A model generated the notes under the pieces. It did no database searches. It was given only the letters and a program-made list of their open reading frames with translations, and was not told the origin of the DNA. A program made the translations under genes and the position numbers. Source: Myxococcota bacterium (GTDB lineage Bacteria > Myxococcota > XYA12-FULL-58-9 > JALHOP01). Taken from it: a stretch of DNA of 64,000 nucleotides. How positions within the stretch are numbered: position 1 is the stretch's first letter; every line of letters starts with the position of its first letter. Positions 40,089 to 50,002 of this stretch are shown here, in pieces. The stretch lies in NCBI GenBank assembly GCA_041288095.1, contig JBGGMJ010000022.1:1-64000 (forward strand), written 5' to 3'.

Positions 40089-40805
40089 ATGATCGGTTCA
40101 CGCAACGCCATACTCTTCGACACACTCGGCGGCGCGTATACCGCCCTGACCGAGCACGCCCTTTGGGCGAAGCAAAACCAGGAGCTCGCCAAGCACTGGG
40201 GTGAGCTCGGGCCGTCGGCGACGGTTCTGGAGCTCGGGCCGGGCACCGGCATCGGGACATTGGCTCTCGAGAAGCACCTGCCTCCCGGCGCGCGTATCAT
40301 CGGTGTCGACATCGTTCCGGCCATGGTGGCGCGGGCCAAAAGGCGCCTCGAGAGGGCGGACCTGCCGGCGACGCGCGTCGAATTCCGCGTTGGTGACGCG
40401 ACGGCGCTGTCCGAAGTCGCGAGCAACTCCGTGCACGCGGTCGTCGCCAACAGCTTTCTCTACCTCGTGCCGGAGCCCGCGAAGGTGCTCGCCGAGATCC
40501 ACCGCGTCCTCGCTCCCGGCGGCCGCGTGGTCTTCATGGAGCCTTGCGCCGAGGTCGATTGGCTCGCCACCGTGCGCTGTGGGGTGAGTCACGCCGGCGT
40601 CGTGGTGCGCGATCCGGTGGCTTCGGGGCAGCTGCTTGCGGCGATGACGGCCTGGTTCGTGGCGGGTTCGTTCGTTGGTCGGCGTAGCCGGGGCGAGCTC
40701 ACGCAGCTGTTTCGCGACGCTGGTTTCGACAAGGTCGAATTCAAGCTGACGCTCTCGGGGTTGGGGCAACACGTCATCGCCCAACGATCGTCCTCGGACT
40801 GTTGA
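40089..40805 (+). CDS. Class I SAM-dependent methyltransferase
   Basis: VLELGPGTG, GVD, GDAT and EIHRVLAPGG motifs. Confidence 0.85.
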   Translation: MIGSRNAILFDTLGGAYTALTEHALWAKQNQELAKHWGELGPSATVLELGPGTGIGTLALEKHLPPGARIIGVDIVPAMVARAKRRLERADLPATRVEFRVGDATALSEVASNSVHAVVANSFLYLVPEPAKVLAEIHRVLAPGGRVVFMEPCAEVDWLATVRCGVSHAGVVVRDPVASGQLLAAMTAWFVAGSFVGRRSRGELTQLFRDAGFDKVEFKLTLSGLGQHVIAQRSSSDC

Positions 40806-40838
40806 CTCTTCCGCCTCGCAGGCGCTCTTAGAACCGGC

Positions 40839-42665
40839 ATGAGCAGTACCCCGCCGAGCGCGATGGCCCGTTTGTGGCGCGTGGCTCGGGCACATACGCG
40901 GCGATGGGCTTGGGGCTTCTTCCTGCTGCTCCTGACCAATGCCTCGGCGATGGTCATCCCGCAGCTCGTGCGCCGCGCCATCGATGACATCAACGCGTCG
41001 TCCGCCGGTCATATCGACGCCGCGAGCTTGCGCAACCTCGCGATCCTCATGGTGGCGATAGCGCTCGCCGGCGCCGTGGTGCGGAGCCTGTCGCGCATCC
41101 ACATCTTCTACGCGGCTCGCGACGTCGAGATGGATCTGCGCAACCAGTTCTACGCGCACCTCACGCACATGCCTGCGTCCTTTTTCCAGCGCCATCCCAC
41201 GGGCGACCTGATGAGTCGCGCCACCAACGACCTCACCCAGGTGCGGCTCTACTTGGGGCCGGGGCTGCTCAATATGGTGAACACCGCTATCGCGTACGCG
41301 TCGGCGCTGCCGCTGCTCTTCGCCCTGTCGCCGAAGCTCACCGCCATCACACTCGCGGTCTATCCGCCCTCGTTCTTCGCGGTGCAGCGGGTGTCGCGCT
41401 GGCTCTATCAGCAGAACCTCGCGCAGCAAGCGCAGATGGGCAAGGTCTCGAACTTCGTCCAGGAGAGCCTCGCGGGCGCGCACGTGACGCGCGCTTTCGG
41501 GCGCGAGCAACATCAGGCGCAGCGCTTCGAGGAGCTCAATGGCGGGCTCTATGCCATCAACGCCAAGCTCACCAAGGTGCGCGCCGTGCTCTTCCGTCTG
41601 GTGACGGCGCTGGGCTCGTTCGGCGTCTTGCTGGCCGTGATGGTCGGGGCGCGCGACGTCTTGGCTGGTGAGCTGACGGCGGGCGAGCTGGTCGCCGCGG
41701 TCGAATACATGGCGCTGCTCTCGTGGCCGACCTTCGCGTTGGGTTGGGTGCTGTCGATGATCCAGCGGGGCCGCTCGTCGATGGAGCGTATCGACGGCAT
41801 CCTGCGCGAAGAGCCTACCATCCGCTCCGGCGGACTCGCACCCGAGGTCATCGAGCCTACGGTCGAGACCCGTGGCCTCACCATCACGCTGGGCGAGCGG
41901 CGCGCGCTCGACGCTGTTTCGGTGAACGTCGCCGCCGGCAAGACGCTCGGCGTGGTTGGCCCGATCGGCAGCGGCAAGACCACGTGGGTGCGCGGCCTCT
42001 TGCGCCTCACCGAGGTCGAGCGAGGACAGGTCTTCGTGGGCGGCCACGACGTCGTCGACCTCGATCTTGGCGCGCTGCGCCGCATGTTCGGTTACGTCTC
42101 GCAGACGCACACGCTCTTCTCGAAGACTCTCGCCGAGAACGTCGCCTTCGGTGACACCGAGGCCTCCTTGGAGCGCATCATGCGCGCCCTCACCGAGGCC
42201 TCGTTCGAGCGCGACCTCGCCGCTTTACCGCAGGGCCTCGACACTCCGGTCGGGGAGCGCGGCATCATGCTCTCGGGCGGGCAGAAGCAACGGGCCTCCA
42301 TCGCCAGGGCCTTGCTCATCGACCCGCCGATCCTGGTGTTGGACGATGCATTGTCGAGCGTCGACACCGAGACCGAACAGCGCATCGTGGGACACCTGCG
42401 TCGGGTCCGCGCCGCGCGTACGACCATCATCGTCGCCCATCGTGTCACCGCGGTGCAGCACGCCGACGAGATCATCGTCCTCGACGCCGGCAAGGTCATC
42501 GAGCGCGGAACCCACAAGACCCTGCGCGCCCAGAACGGCGTCTACGCCCGCATGGCGCGTCGCCAGGAGCTCGAGCGCGCCGTCGAGGAGGCGAGCCTCG
42601 CCGCCGACAACAAGGTGTCTTCGATCGCGGATATCGAGGCTCGTGTCTCCGGAGGCGCGCGATGA
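40839..42665 (+). CDS. ABC exporter half-transporter (TMD+NBD), subunit 1
   Basis: Six TM helices; GPIGSGKT, LSGGQ, degenerate Walker B VLDD. Confidence 0.93.
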   Translation: MSSTPPSAMARLWRVARAHTRRWAWGFFLLLLTNASAMVIPQLVRRAIDDINASSAGHIDAASLRNLAILMVAIALAGAVVRSLSRIHIFYAARDVEMDLRNQFYAHLTHMPASFFQRHPTGDLMSRATNDLTQVRLYLGPGLLNMVNTAIAYASALPLLFALSPKLTAITLAVYPPSFFAVQRVSRWLYQQNLAQQAQMGKVSNFVQESLAGAHVTRAFGREQHQAQRFEELNGGLYAINAKLTKVRAVLFRLVTALGSFGVLLAVMVGARDVLAGELTAGELVAAVEYMALLSWPTFALGWVLSMIQRGRSSMERIDGILREEPTIRSGGLAPEVIEPTVETRGLTITLGERRALDAVSVNVAAGKTLGVVGPIGSGKTTWVRGLLRLTEVERGQVFVGGHDVVDLDLGALRRMFGYVSQTHTLFSKTLAENVAFGDTEASLERIMRALTEASFERDLAALPQGLDTPVGERGIMLSGGQKQRASIARALLIDPPILVLDDALSSVDTETEQRIVGHLRRVRAARTTIIVAHRVTAVQHADEIIVLDAGKVIERGTHKTLRAQNGVYARMARRQELERAVEEASLAADNKVSSIADIEARVSGGAR

Positions 42666-44446
42666 CGTCGATGGCGCTCGAAGGAAACGTCAAAGGCCAG
42701 GCCGATTGGAAGATGCTCAAACGCTTGCTCGTGCACGTCATGCGCGACAAGCGGCTCTTGCTCTTCGCGCTGATCGCCTATCCGCTCGATGCGTTGGCGG
42801 CCATTCTGCCACCGTTCCTGGTTCGCCAGATCCTCGATGTGGCAATCCCAAAGCACGACGCCGACCTACTCATGTGGTTCTGCGGCGCCTACCTCGCGAC
42901 GCTCTTCCTCGAATACGGCGCCGGCTTCGCCTCGCTCTACGCCATGGGCATCCTCGGGCAGCGCGGCATGCGGTCGTTGCGGAGTGAGCTCTTCACCCAC
43001 GTCCAGCGCCTGCCGGCGTCATTCTTCGACCGTAATCCGATCGGGAGGACGCTCACGCGGCTCACCAACGACGTCGAGTCGCTCTCCGACGTCTTCGCCA
43101 CAGGCGCCATCACCATCATCGCGGACGTGCTCACCATCTGCGCCGTGGTCGGCATGATGTTGTGGCTCGATGTGCGACTCACCTTGCTCGCGTTCCTCGT
43201 GGTGCCGCCGTTGGTGCTCATGGCCGGCATCATGCAGCGCTATGCGCGCGTTTCGTTTCGCGAGGTTCGCAAGCACATCGCCCGCATCAATGCCTATCTC
43301 GCCGAGCACATCGCGGGGATGGGGGTCGTGCAAACCTTCCGTCAGGAGGCCCGCACCGCCAAGGAGTTCGAAGGCCTGTCGTCGGAGTTCCGCGACGCGA
43401 ACCGTGACGCCATCTTCTACGACGCGGTTCTGTTCGCCGCGGTCGAGGCCATCGGCACCGCGGCCGTCGCCGTCCTCATCTGGTTCGGCGCCCTCGACAT
43501 GACCACCGGTATCGTCGGCGCCGGTACGCTGGTCGCGTTCGTCCAGTACATCCGACGCTTTTTCGTGCCGATCCGCGACCTCTCCACCAAGTACACGGTG
43601 CTACAGAGCGCGTTCGCTTCAGCGGAGCGCGTCTTCCAGCTCCTCGACGAGCGCGTCACCATCGTCAGCGAGACCGACGCCAAGCCGATGGCGAAGCTCA
43701 GCCGCGAGGTTGCGCTCGAAGACGTCTGGTTCGCTTATCGCGAGCCCGAGCAAGACAACGACTGGGTGCTGCGTGGCGTGAGTCTGCATGTGAAGAAGGG
43801 CGAGCGCGTCGCCTTGGTCGGCGCCACCGGCTGCGGCAAGACCACGATCTTGAAGCTCATGACCCGCTTCTACGAGCCGCAGAAGGGCCGGGTCACCGTG
43901 GACGGAGTCGACATTCGCGAGCTCGAGCTCACCTCGCTGCGCCGCGCGTTCGCGGTGGTGCTGCAAGACGTGCACCTCTTCTCCGGCACGGTGATGGAGA
44001 ACCTGTCCTTTGGAGCGGACGCCACCCCCGAGCAGGTGCATGCCGCGGCCAAGCTCGTGCAAGCCGACGAGTTCGTCCGCAAGCTCGGGCAAGGTTACGA
44101 CACCCAGGTCGCCGAGTGGGGCTCGAACTTCTCGGCAGGCGAGCGCCAGCTCCTGGCGTTTGCGCGCGCCATGGTGGCAAACCCGCAGGTGCTGGTCCTC
44201 GACGAGGCGACCAGCAACGTCGACACCGAGACCGAGGCACGCATCGACCACGCGCTCGACGTGCTGCTCGCGGACCGGACCGCCATCATCGTGGCGCATC
44301 GTCTCTCCACTGTGCGTAAGGTCGACCGCATCGTCGTCCTGCAGCGCGGGCAGATCGTCGAGGAGGGTAACCACGCCGAGCTCATGCGCAGGGATGGTCT
44401 CTACAAGCGCTTGGTCGAGCTGCAATTCGCCGATCAGGCTGGGTGA
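42662..44446 (+). CDS. ABC exporter half-transporter (TMD+NBD), subunit 2
   Basis: ATGA overlap; GATGCGKT, degenerate signature FSAGE, Walker B VLDE; asymmetry as in heterodimeric BmrCD/TmrAB-type exporters. Confidence 0.93.
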   Translation: MTSMALEGNVKGQADWKMLKRLLVHVMRDKRLLLFALIAYPLDALAAILPPFLVRQILDVAIPKHDADLLMWFCGAYLATLFLEYGAGFASLYAMGILGQRGMRSLRSELFTHVQRLPASFFDRNPIGRTLTRLTNDVESLSDVFATGAITIIADVLTICAVVGMMLWLDVRLTLLAFLVVPPLVLMAGIMQRYARVSFREVRKHIARINAYLAEHIAGMGVVQTFRQEARTAKEFEGLSSEFRDANRDAIFYDAVLFAAVEAIGTAAVAVLIWFGALDMTTGIVGAGTLVAFVQYIRRFFVPIRDLSTKYTVLQSAFASAERVFQLLDERVTIVSETDAKPMAKLSREVALEDVWFAYREPEQDNDWVLRGVSLHVKKGERVALVGATGCGKTTILKLMTRFYEPQKGRVTVDGVDIRELELTSLRRAFAVVLQDVHLFSGTVMENLSFGADATPEQVHAAAKLVQADEFVRKLGQGYDTQVAEWGSNFSAGERQLLAFARAMVANPQVLVLDEATSNVDTETEARIDHALDVLLADRTAIIVAHRLSTVRKVDRIVVLQRGQIVEEGNHAELMRRDGLYKRLVELQFADQAG

Positions 44447-44470
44447 CAGTCGCGCTGACCACCAGCCGTC

Positions 44471-46873
44471 CTAGAGCAGGTGTCGGGCGTCCGCCCAGAC
44501 GAGCAGTGGCAGCGCCGTTGCCCACAGCTGCGTCGCGTTCCCCGGCCACGAATCGTACGGCTCGTTCGGCTTGCCGACGAGACCCTTGGCGACGAGACGT
44601 CCGTTATCGAAGCCATAGCCGTAAAGCTCGGAGGTCTGAAGCGGACCGGCGGTGGCCGCGAGCTTCTTGATGATGCGCACCGTGTCGCGTGCGATGGCGG
44701 CTTCCTCTGGCTTGCCCGCGCGCTCGAGCATCTTCGCCTGGTGCGTGAGCGCGGCGACGCCCAAGGCCTCGAGCCAGGTCCACACCAGTGTTCCGTGATA
44801 GCGGCCTGGACCCATCATGTCGTAGAGGCGCGCGTCTCCGGCCAGCGCGGCGTTGGTAATGAGGATGCCGGCCTCGGTGGCAAGGCCCAAGGGATAGGGG
44901 AGGGTGATGAGATCGCAAATCGCGCGCACCGCCTCCGGCCGCGCCTGGCTACCCAACAGACCAAAGAGACCGTCGGACGACATCACGGGGATGCGGTTGC
45001 CCTTGGCGTCGAGTGAGACCGCCGGGAACGTGAGGCCGTCCTTGAAGCGGCCCGTGAGTGGCGAGCCGTTGATGAAATCGTCGATGTGCACGAACGGCTC
45101 GATGGTGCGGCTGCCGAAGAACGCCCGCTCCTCGTCGGTCGCGAGCTCCTTCATGAAGAAACGCAACGCCTTGCGCATCTCGTCCTGGGTCATCTTCACG
45201 GTGAAAATGTCGCGGGCATGCGCGCGCCAGACCGTCGCGTAGCGCTCGAGATTGGCGCTCGGCAGGCCCATGAGCTTCGCGAGCGCGGCGCCCTTCTCGA
45301 GGGCCGAGGGGACGAGCTCGAGATCGATGCTGCTCGAGAAGACACCGCCGGCTTCACCCACCTCGGAGTCGCGCCAGCTGCCGACCGGCAGGCCGAGCAT
45401 GAAGCGGACCATCTTCGTCGGATCGTCGGGGTCCTCGGCGAACCCCTTGGCTTGACGAGTGATGAAGCCCAGGCTTTTCTTGATGTCATCGGCGTTGCTC
45501 GCGACGGCGCGTCTCTCGGCGCCTTGCACCAAGTCCGTGATCGAGGATCGATTGCGGTCAACGAAGGCCTCGCGGGCCGCGGGGTCGAGCTTGGGATCGA
45601 GCAAATGCTCGGAGAGCACCGAGACGAGCATGAAGTCGTCGTCGACCATCTTGCGGTCACAAATGCGCTCTTCGCAGGTCGTAGGGTCGAGGGTGCCGCC
45701 ATGCTTCTCGATGTGCTCGAGCCGCTCGTGCACCGCCTGATCGAGCAGCGACTCCTCGTGGGTCACCTTGCCGTCGGGGCCTAGACGCTCGAGCGCCGCC
45801 TGTAGGATGCCTTCGACCACCTTGGGATCGAGCAGCGGACGCAACATCTGCACCGTCTGCAAGGTGTCGCGACCGAAGTAGGTGAGGAAGCGCCAGCCGC
45901 CGGCGAGCGCCTTCTCCTTGAAGACGAGCGACGAAAGATCTTCGAGGGCCCGTACCGCCGCGTTGAGATTGGCGGTCTCTTCGGGCGTCAACAGACCTGC
46001 TTTGGCGCGCTCGAGATCGGTCTTGAGAGCTTGGCGGGCGGGACCATTGAGCAGCTCGAGTGGCGCGTAGGGAGTCAGCGGCGGCACGTCGGTGACGTAG
46101 GAGACGTCGATGCGCGGCTTGCCGGCGGCGGTCGCGGTCACGTGGTTGTTCGCATTGACGGACAGGGTCGTGCCGGGACCCGCTTCGATGATCATGCGAT
46201 GGAGATGGTGCGGTGAGCCGTCTGCCTTGCGGCCGACCGACTCGCGCTCGAAGACGATGCGGGTCGCTGACTGCTCCACGATGCGCGAGCGAATGGACTT
46301 TTCGGGGAGGCCGAGCTTGCCCTGCATCTGCTCGCGGAGCGCCGTGCGATCGTCGTAGCCGAGGGTCGCGCGGTCGCGATGGGCGCGCGCGCTGTCCAGG
46401 AGCGGCGGCTCGAAGGTCACCGCGCCCTTCGCGTTGGCGCAGACACGTACCTTGGTGCCGGTAAGGCCGCCATCGCGGACGAGGAGGGGATTCGACGCCG
46501 AAAGATTCGTGACCCCAGTCTCCGAAGTCCACCACATGCCGCCGGCGATGTTGTTCGCGGGTTGGACGATGGTGACCATGCGCTTGGCCGCGTGCTTCGG
46601 ATAGCTCTCGAGGACGATGTGCGCCTGGGTCTCCGGTGAGACGAAGACGAGATTTTGCTGCATGCCCTCGCGCTGGCGGTCGCCGAGGTCACGCTGGAAC
46701 ACGCGTCGGGTCGCCCCGAGGTCGGGGAAGGTGACAGGGAGCTTGGCCGGGCCGCCGGGCTGGTCGAGGTCGCGTACCGAGGGTTTCTGACGCGAGCGCG
46801 TCGTACCGCGCTCCTGCGTGGCGTTGGTCGGCGAAGTGCCGGTAACCCCTTGGAAACGCCTATCGACGCGCAA
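44471..46873 (-). CDS. Six-hairpin glycoside hydrolase-like protein (glycogen-debranching-enzyme-like)
   Basis: LAGGWRFLTYFGRDTL, HEE, KMVDDDFML, WRDS, YHGTLVWTW and QLW motifs. Confidence 0.65.
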   Translation of the reverse strand: MRVDRRFQGVTGTSPTNATQERGTTRSRQKPSVRDLDQPGGPAKLPVTFPDLGATRRVFQRDLGDRQREGMQQNLVFVSPETQAHIVLESYPKHAAKRMVTIVQPANNIAGGMWWTSETGVTNLSASNPLLVRDGGLTGTKVRVCANAKGAVTFEPPLLDSARAHRDRATLGYDDRTALREQMQGKLGLPEKSIRSRIVEQSATRIVFERESVGRKADGSPHHLHRMIIEAGPGTTLSVNANNHVTATAAGKPRIDVSYVTDVPPLTPYAPLELLNGPARQALKTDLERAKAGLLTPEETANLNAAVRALEDLSSLVFKEKALAGGWRFLTYFGRDTLQTVQMLRPLLDPKVVEGILQAALERLGPDGKVTHEESLLDQAVHERLEHIEKHGGTLDPTTCEERICDRKMVDDDFMLVSVLSEHLLDPKLDPAAREAFVDRNRSSITDLVQGAERRAVASNADDIKKSLGFITRQAKGFAEDPDDPTKMVRFMLGLPVGSWRDSEVGEAGGVFSSSIDLELVPSALEKGAALAKLMGLPSANLERYATVWRAHARDIFTVKMTQDEMRKALRFFMKELATDEERAFFGSRTIEPFVHIDDFINGSPLTGRFKDGLTFPAVSLDAKGNRIPVMSSDGLFGLLGSQARPEAVRAICDLITLPYPLGLATEAGILITNAALAGDARLYDMMGPGRYHGTLVWTWLEALGVAALTHQAKMLERAGKPEEAAIARDTVRIIKKLAATAGPLQTSELYGYGFDNGRLVAKGLVGKPNEPYDSWPGNATQLWATALPLLVWADARHLL

Positions 46874-46907
46874 AACGGCTTCCCCGCATTGTCGGATTCC
46901 CGATGCA

Positions 46908-46935
46908 ATATCGGCAGGCCGATGGGCGGAGTTGC
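46908..46935 (-). promoter_or_regulatory. Candidate sigma28-like promoter for the 46873 ORF
   Basis: GCAAC-N15-GCCGATAT on the minus strand. Confidence 0.45.
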
Positions 46936-46952
46936 GTAGGAGCTTCCGCCGC

Positions 46953-47615
46953 TTAGCCCGCCCCCCAGCCCACCCAGGACTCGCCGTCCTCGCCCAGCTC
47001 GTTCTTCCAGATCGGCACGTCCGTCTTGATGCGCTCGAGCATGGCTCTGCAGGCCGCGAAAGCGGACTCGCGGTGCGGGCTCGCGACCGCGATGACCACC
47101 GCGACCTCGCCCACGGCTAGTACGCCATAGCGGTGGACGACGTGGATGCGCGCGTCGGGGAACGAAGCCTCGCAGTCCGCGGCGACGCGATCGAGCTCCC
47201 GACTCGCCATCGGCTCGTAGACTTCGTAAGTGATTTGCCTGACAGAACGCCCACCTGCGTGGTCGCGGACGGTCCCGAGGAACGTCACCACCGCTCCAGC
47301 GGTGGAGCTACGCACCGCGTCGATCGCTCGGCCTATATCGATGGGTGTTTCGACGATGCTGCTGCGTGCCGCGCCGCCCGCGACCGGAGGTAGGAGCGCC
47401 ACCTCGTCGCCTTCGCGGACCGGCTCGTCGAGCTCGACGATGGTGTGATTGCGGGCCCATCGGACGCTTTTCAAGAGCGGCTCGAGAGCCGGGTGACGCG
47501 CCGTCACCGCCGCGACCACCGTGCGGATGGTAGCCGGCGACACTACATTGACATCCTCGAGCGCACATCCAGCTTGCATGCGACTTCCCCCGAGGTAAAC
47601 CACTCGTACCTTCAC
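46953..47615 (-). CDS. moaE: Molybdopterin synthase MoaD-MoaE fusion
   Basis: ThiS/MoaD-like domain ending EVALLPPVAGG, continuing in frame into MoaE (GAVVTFLGTVR, HRYG, SPHR, PIWKNE); GTG at 47615. Confidence 0.88.
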   Translation of the reverse strand: MKVRVVYLGGSRMQAGCALEDVNVVSPATIRTVVAAVTARHPALEPLLKSVRWARNHTIVELDEPVREGDEVALLPPVAGGAARSSIVETPIDIGRAIDAVRSSTAGAVVTFLGTVRDHAGGRSVRQITYEVYEPMASRELDRVAADCEASFPDARIHVVHRYGVLAVGEVAVVIAVASPHRESAFAACRAMLERIKTDVPIWKNELGEDGESWVGWGAG

Positions 47616-47684
47616 CGATCGCCTCTTTTGGGCCGCTTCTTGCGTGCCCCGTACCCCACCGCTTGTTACAGTGTGTGACGCTGC

Positions 47685-49910
47685 ATGGAAGACGCCTTGA
47701 ACCTGTTGGATGGATTGGACGTCGACATTCCAGACGTCCCCCTCCCGGCAGCGCGTCCGCAGCAGCAAGCACCCGCGACTAATCCCGAGTTCTTCGGTCC
47801 TTATCAACTGATCGAAGAAGTCGGCGCCGGTGGTGTCGCCAAGGTGATGCGCGCGCGGCACATCCATCCGCGCTACGCCGAGACGACCTTCGCCATCAAG
47901 ATTCTCCATCCCGAGCTCTCGCGCGATCCGAAGGTCGTGCAGCTCTTCCGGCACGAGGCCTACGTGCTGTCGATGCTCAAGCATCCCAACATCGTGCAGA
48001 CCTTCGAAGGCGGCGTGCAGGACGAAGAGCTGTTCATCGCCATGGAGTACATCGACGGTCGCGACCTCGAGAACATGCTCACGCGCTGTCAGAAGGCGAA
48101 GAGCACGGTCCCGATTCCCGTCGCCATGTACATCATCGGCGAGGTCTTGAAGGGACTGTCGTACGCGCACGACCTCTGTGACGGCGATGGCAACCGCCTG
48201 GCGCTCGTGCATCGCGACATCAACCCCGCGAACGTCTTTCTCTCGTACGACGGCCGCGTGAAGCTCGGTGACTTCGGCGTCGCGTCGATGACCGCGGGCC
48301 GCGCCGAGAAGTCCCGCGAGACAGCGGGCAAGGCGGGCTACTTCGCGCCCGAGCAGCTCGCCGGTGAGCCCGTCGATCAGCGCGCCGATCTCTTCTCCAT
48401 GGGCGTCATGATGTACGAGGTCCTGTGCAACGAGCGCCTCTTCGACGGCGATGACGCCGAGAAGATCATGCGCTTGAACCGCAAGGCGAAGATCCCGCGC
48501 CCCTCGAGAGTGAACCCCGAGATCCCGCAGGGCCTCGAGGACCTCATGCTCAAGGCGCTCGAGCGCAAGCCCAACGACCGCTTTCCCAATTCGCGCGCCA
48601 TGTACTTCGCGTTGCGTCCGTTCATCCCCGATCCGTCGGGCATGGCGCTCGCGGTGGCGGCGATGGTCCGCAAGGTCTTCCTGCGCGAGCACATCCAGGA
48701 GCTGCAGCTGCGTGAAGGTCTCGCCGGCGGCGGTAGCGCCTCGCGTGGCTCCGGCCAGCGTATCGTGGTGCTCTCGGAAGACGAGCGCGCGCACGCCGCC
48801 TTCAGCGAGCTCCTGTCGTCGCGTGGTTACCGCGTCGACGTCGCGACGCGCATCGAGCAGCTCGCCAGCATGGTGGTCGGCCAGCACGCGCCTAATGTCG
48901 TTTTGGCGGACGTGGCGCTGCCGTCGTTCAACGCCGAGCAATTCGTGCGCGCCCTCGCTCCGGCGCAGCAAACCATCCCGGTCGTCGCGGTGAGCGAGGG
49001 GCTCGACACCGCCTGGATCCGCAACGCCGACGCCATCGGCTCGGTCGACCTGTTGTTCAAGCCGTTCAACATCGAGCGCGTGCTCACCGCGGTTCGCGGC
49101 GCCGTGACCGGGGCCGCGCGCGTCGCCATCACCGAACCGGCGGTCACCGAAGCTCGTCCGGTATCGCGGACGAAAATCCTGGTGATGACGCGCGATAACT
49201 CGTTCACGCACATCATCGCGCAGGGCTTCGCCGACCGCGGCTACAGCGTCGAGATCGTTTCGAACGGGTCCGAGGCCATCGAGCGCGCCGACCAGACGAC
49301 CTTCGACGCATTCGTCTACGACGCCTTCCCGCCGTCGCCCGCCGACCGCTTCTTCGCGTCGCAAGTGCGCGGACGCCCGGGCATGGGGCTCGTGCCGATC
49401 CTCTACCTGGTGCCGGCCGAAACGCAGACGCAGATCGTCGGCCTCGACGCTGACCGCAGCGCCGTTCGCTTGCGCGGCGACTCGACGGTGGTGCTCGCCG
49501 AGACCTTGAATCGCTTGCTCGCCGACACGCGCTTGGGCCGCTCGTTCATCCGCTACCCGACGACCTTTCCGCTCGAGCTGCGCTACGCCGGACGCGTCTT
49601 TGCCGCCGAGGCCATGGACATCTCGCGCGGCGGTCTCATGTTGCGCTGCGAGCAGATGCCGCCGGTCGGCGAAGAGGTCAGCGTGTCCCTGCGCTTCGAC
49701 CAGAGCGGTCAGCCCGTCGAGGCCTCGGGCAGGGTCATCCGCGTCGATCTACCGCGTCACGAAGGCGAGCCGCCGGGCATCGGCGTGTCGTTCGAGCGCT
49801 TCGCCGGGCGCGGAGAAGCTCAGCTGATCGCGCACCTGGCCACGCTCGACCGGAACGCCCAGCAGGTCAAAACCATGATCATGGGTGTGCCAGCGCCAGC
49901 CCGGGCGTGA
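47685..49910 (+). CDS. Ser/Thr kinase with two receiver-like domains and C-terminal PilZ
   Basis: GAGGVA, AIK, HRDINPAN, DFG, APE; REC-like VVLAD...KPF; PilZ RSFIR and DISRGG. Confidence 0.85.
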   Translation: MEDALNLLDGLDVDIPDVPLPAARPQQQAPATNPEFFGPYQLIEEVGAGGVAKVMRARHIHPRYAETTFAIKILHPELSRDPKVVQLFRHEAYVLSMLKHPNIVQTFEGGVQDEELFIAMEYIDGRDLENMLTRCQKAKSTVPIPVAMYIIGEVLKGLSYAHDLCDGDGNRLALVHRDINPANVFLSYDGRVKLGDFGVASMTAGRAEKSRETAGKAGYFAPEQLAGEPVDQRADLFSMGVMMYEVLCNERLFDGDDAEKIMRLNRKAKIPRPSRVNPEIPQGLEDLMLKALERKPNDRFPNSRAMYFALRPFIPDPSGMALAVAAMVRKVFLREHIQELQLREGLAGGGSASRGSGQRIVVLSEDERAHAAFSELLSSRGYRVDVATRIEQLASMVVGQHAPNVVLADVALPSFNAEQFVRALAPAQQTIPVVAVSEGLDTAWIRNADAIGSVDLLFKPFNIERVLTAVRGAVTGAARVAITEPAVTEARPVSRTKILVMTRDNSFTHIIAQGFADRGYSVEIVSNGSEAIERADQTTFDAFVYDAFPPSPADRFFASQVRGRPGMGLVPILYLVPAETQTQIVGLDADRSAVRLRGDSTVVLAETLNRLLADTRLGRSFIRYPTTFPLELRYAGRVFAAEAMDISRGGLMLRCEQMPPVGEEVSVSLRFDQSGQPVEASGRVIRVDLPRHEGEPPGIGVSFERFAGRGEAQLIAHLATLDRNAQQVKTMIMGVPAPARA

Positions 49911-50002
49911 TGGCCGTCAGTCACAGGTGCTCCTGAGTCGTTTTCAGGAACCCTCGGCCAAACGCGTCGATACACGCTGCTCACCATCAGGATGGGTGTC
50001 TC

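Noticed and set aside
40098..42110. 670-aa minus-strand ORF
   Set aside because: Shadow of the methyltransferase and ABC transporter genes.
47616..49364. Apparent 580-aa N-terminal extension on MoaD-MoaE
   Set aside because: It is the antisense of the 47685 kinase; MoaD similarity begins at the GTG at 47615.
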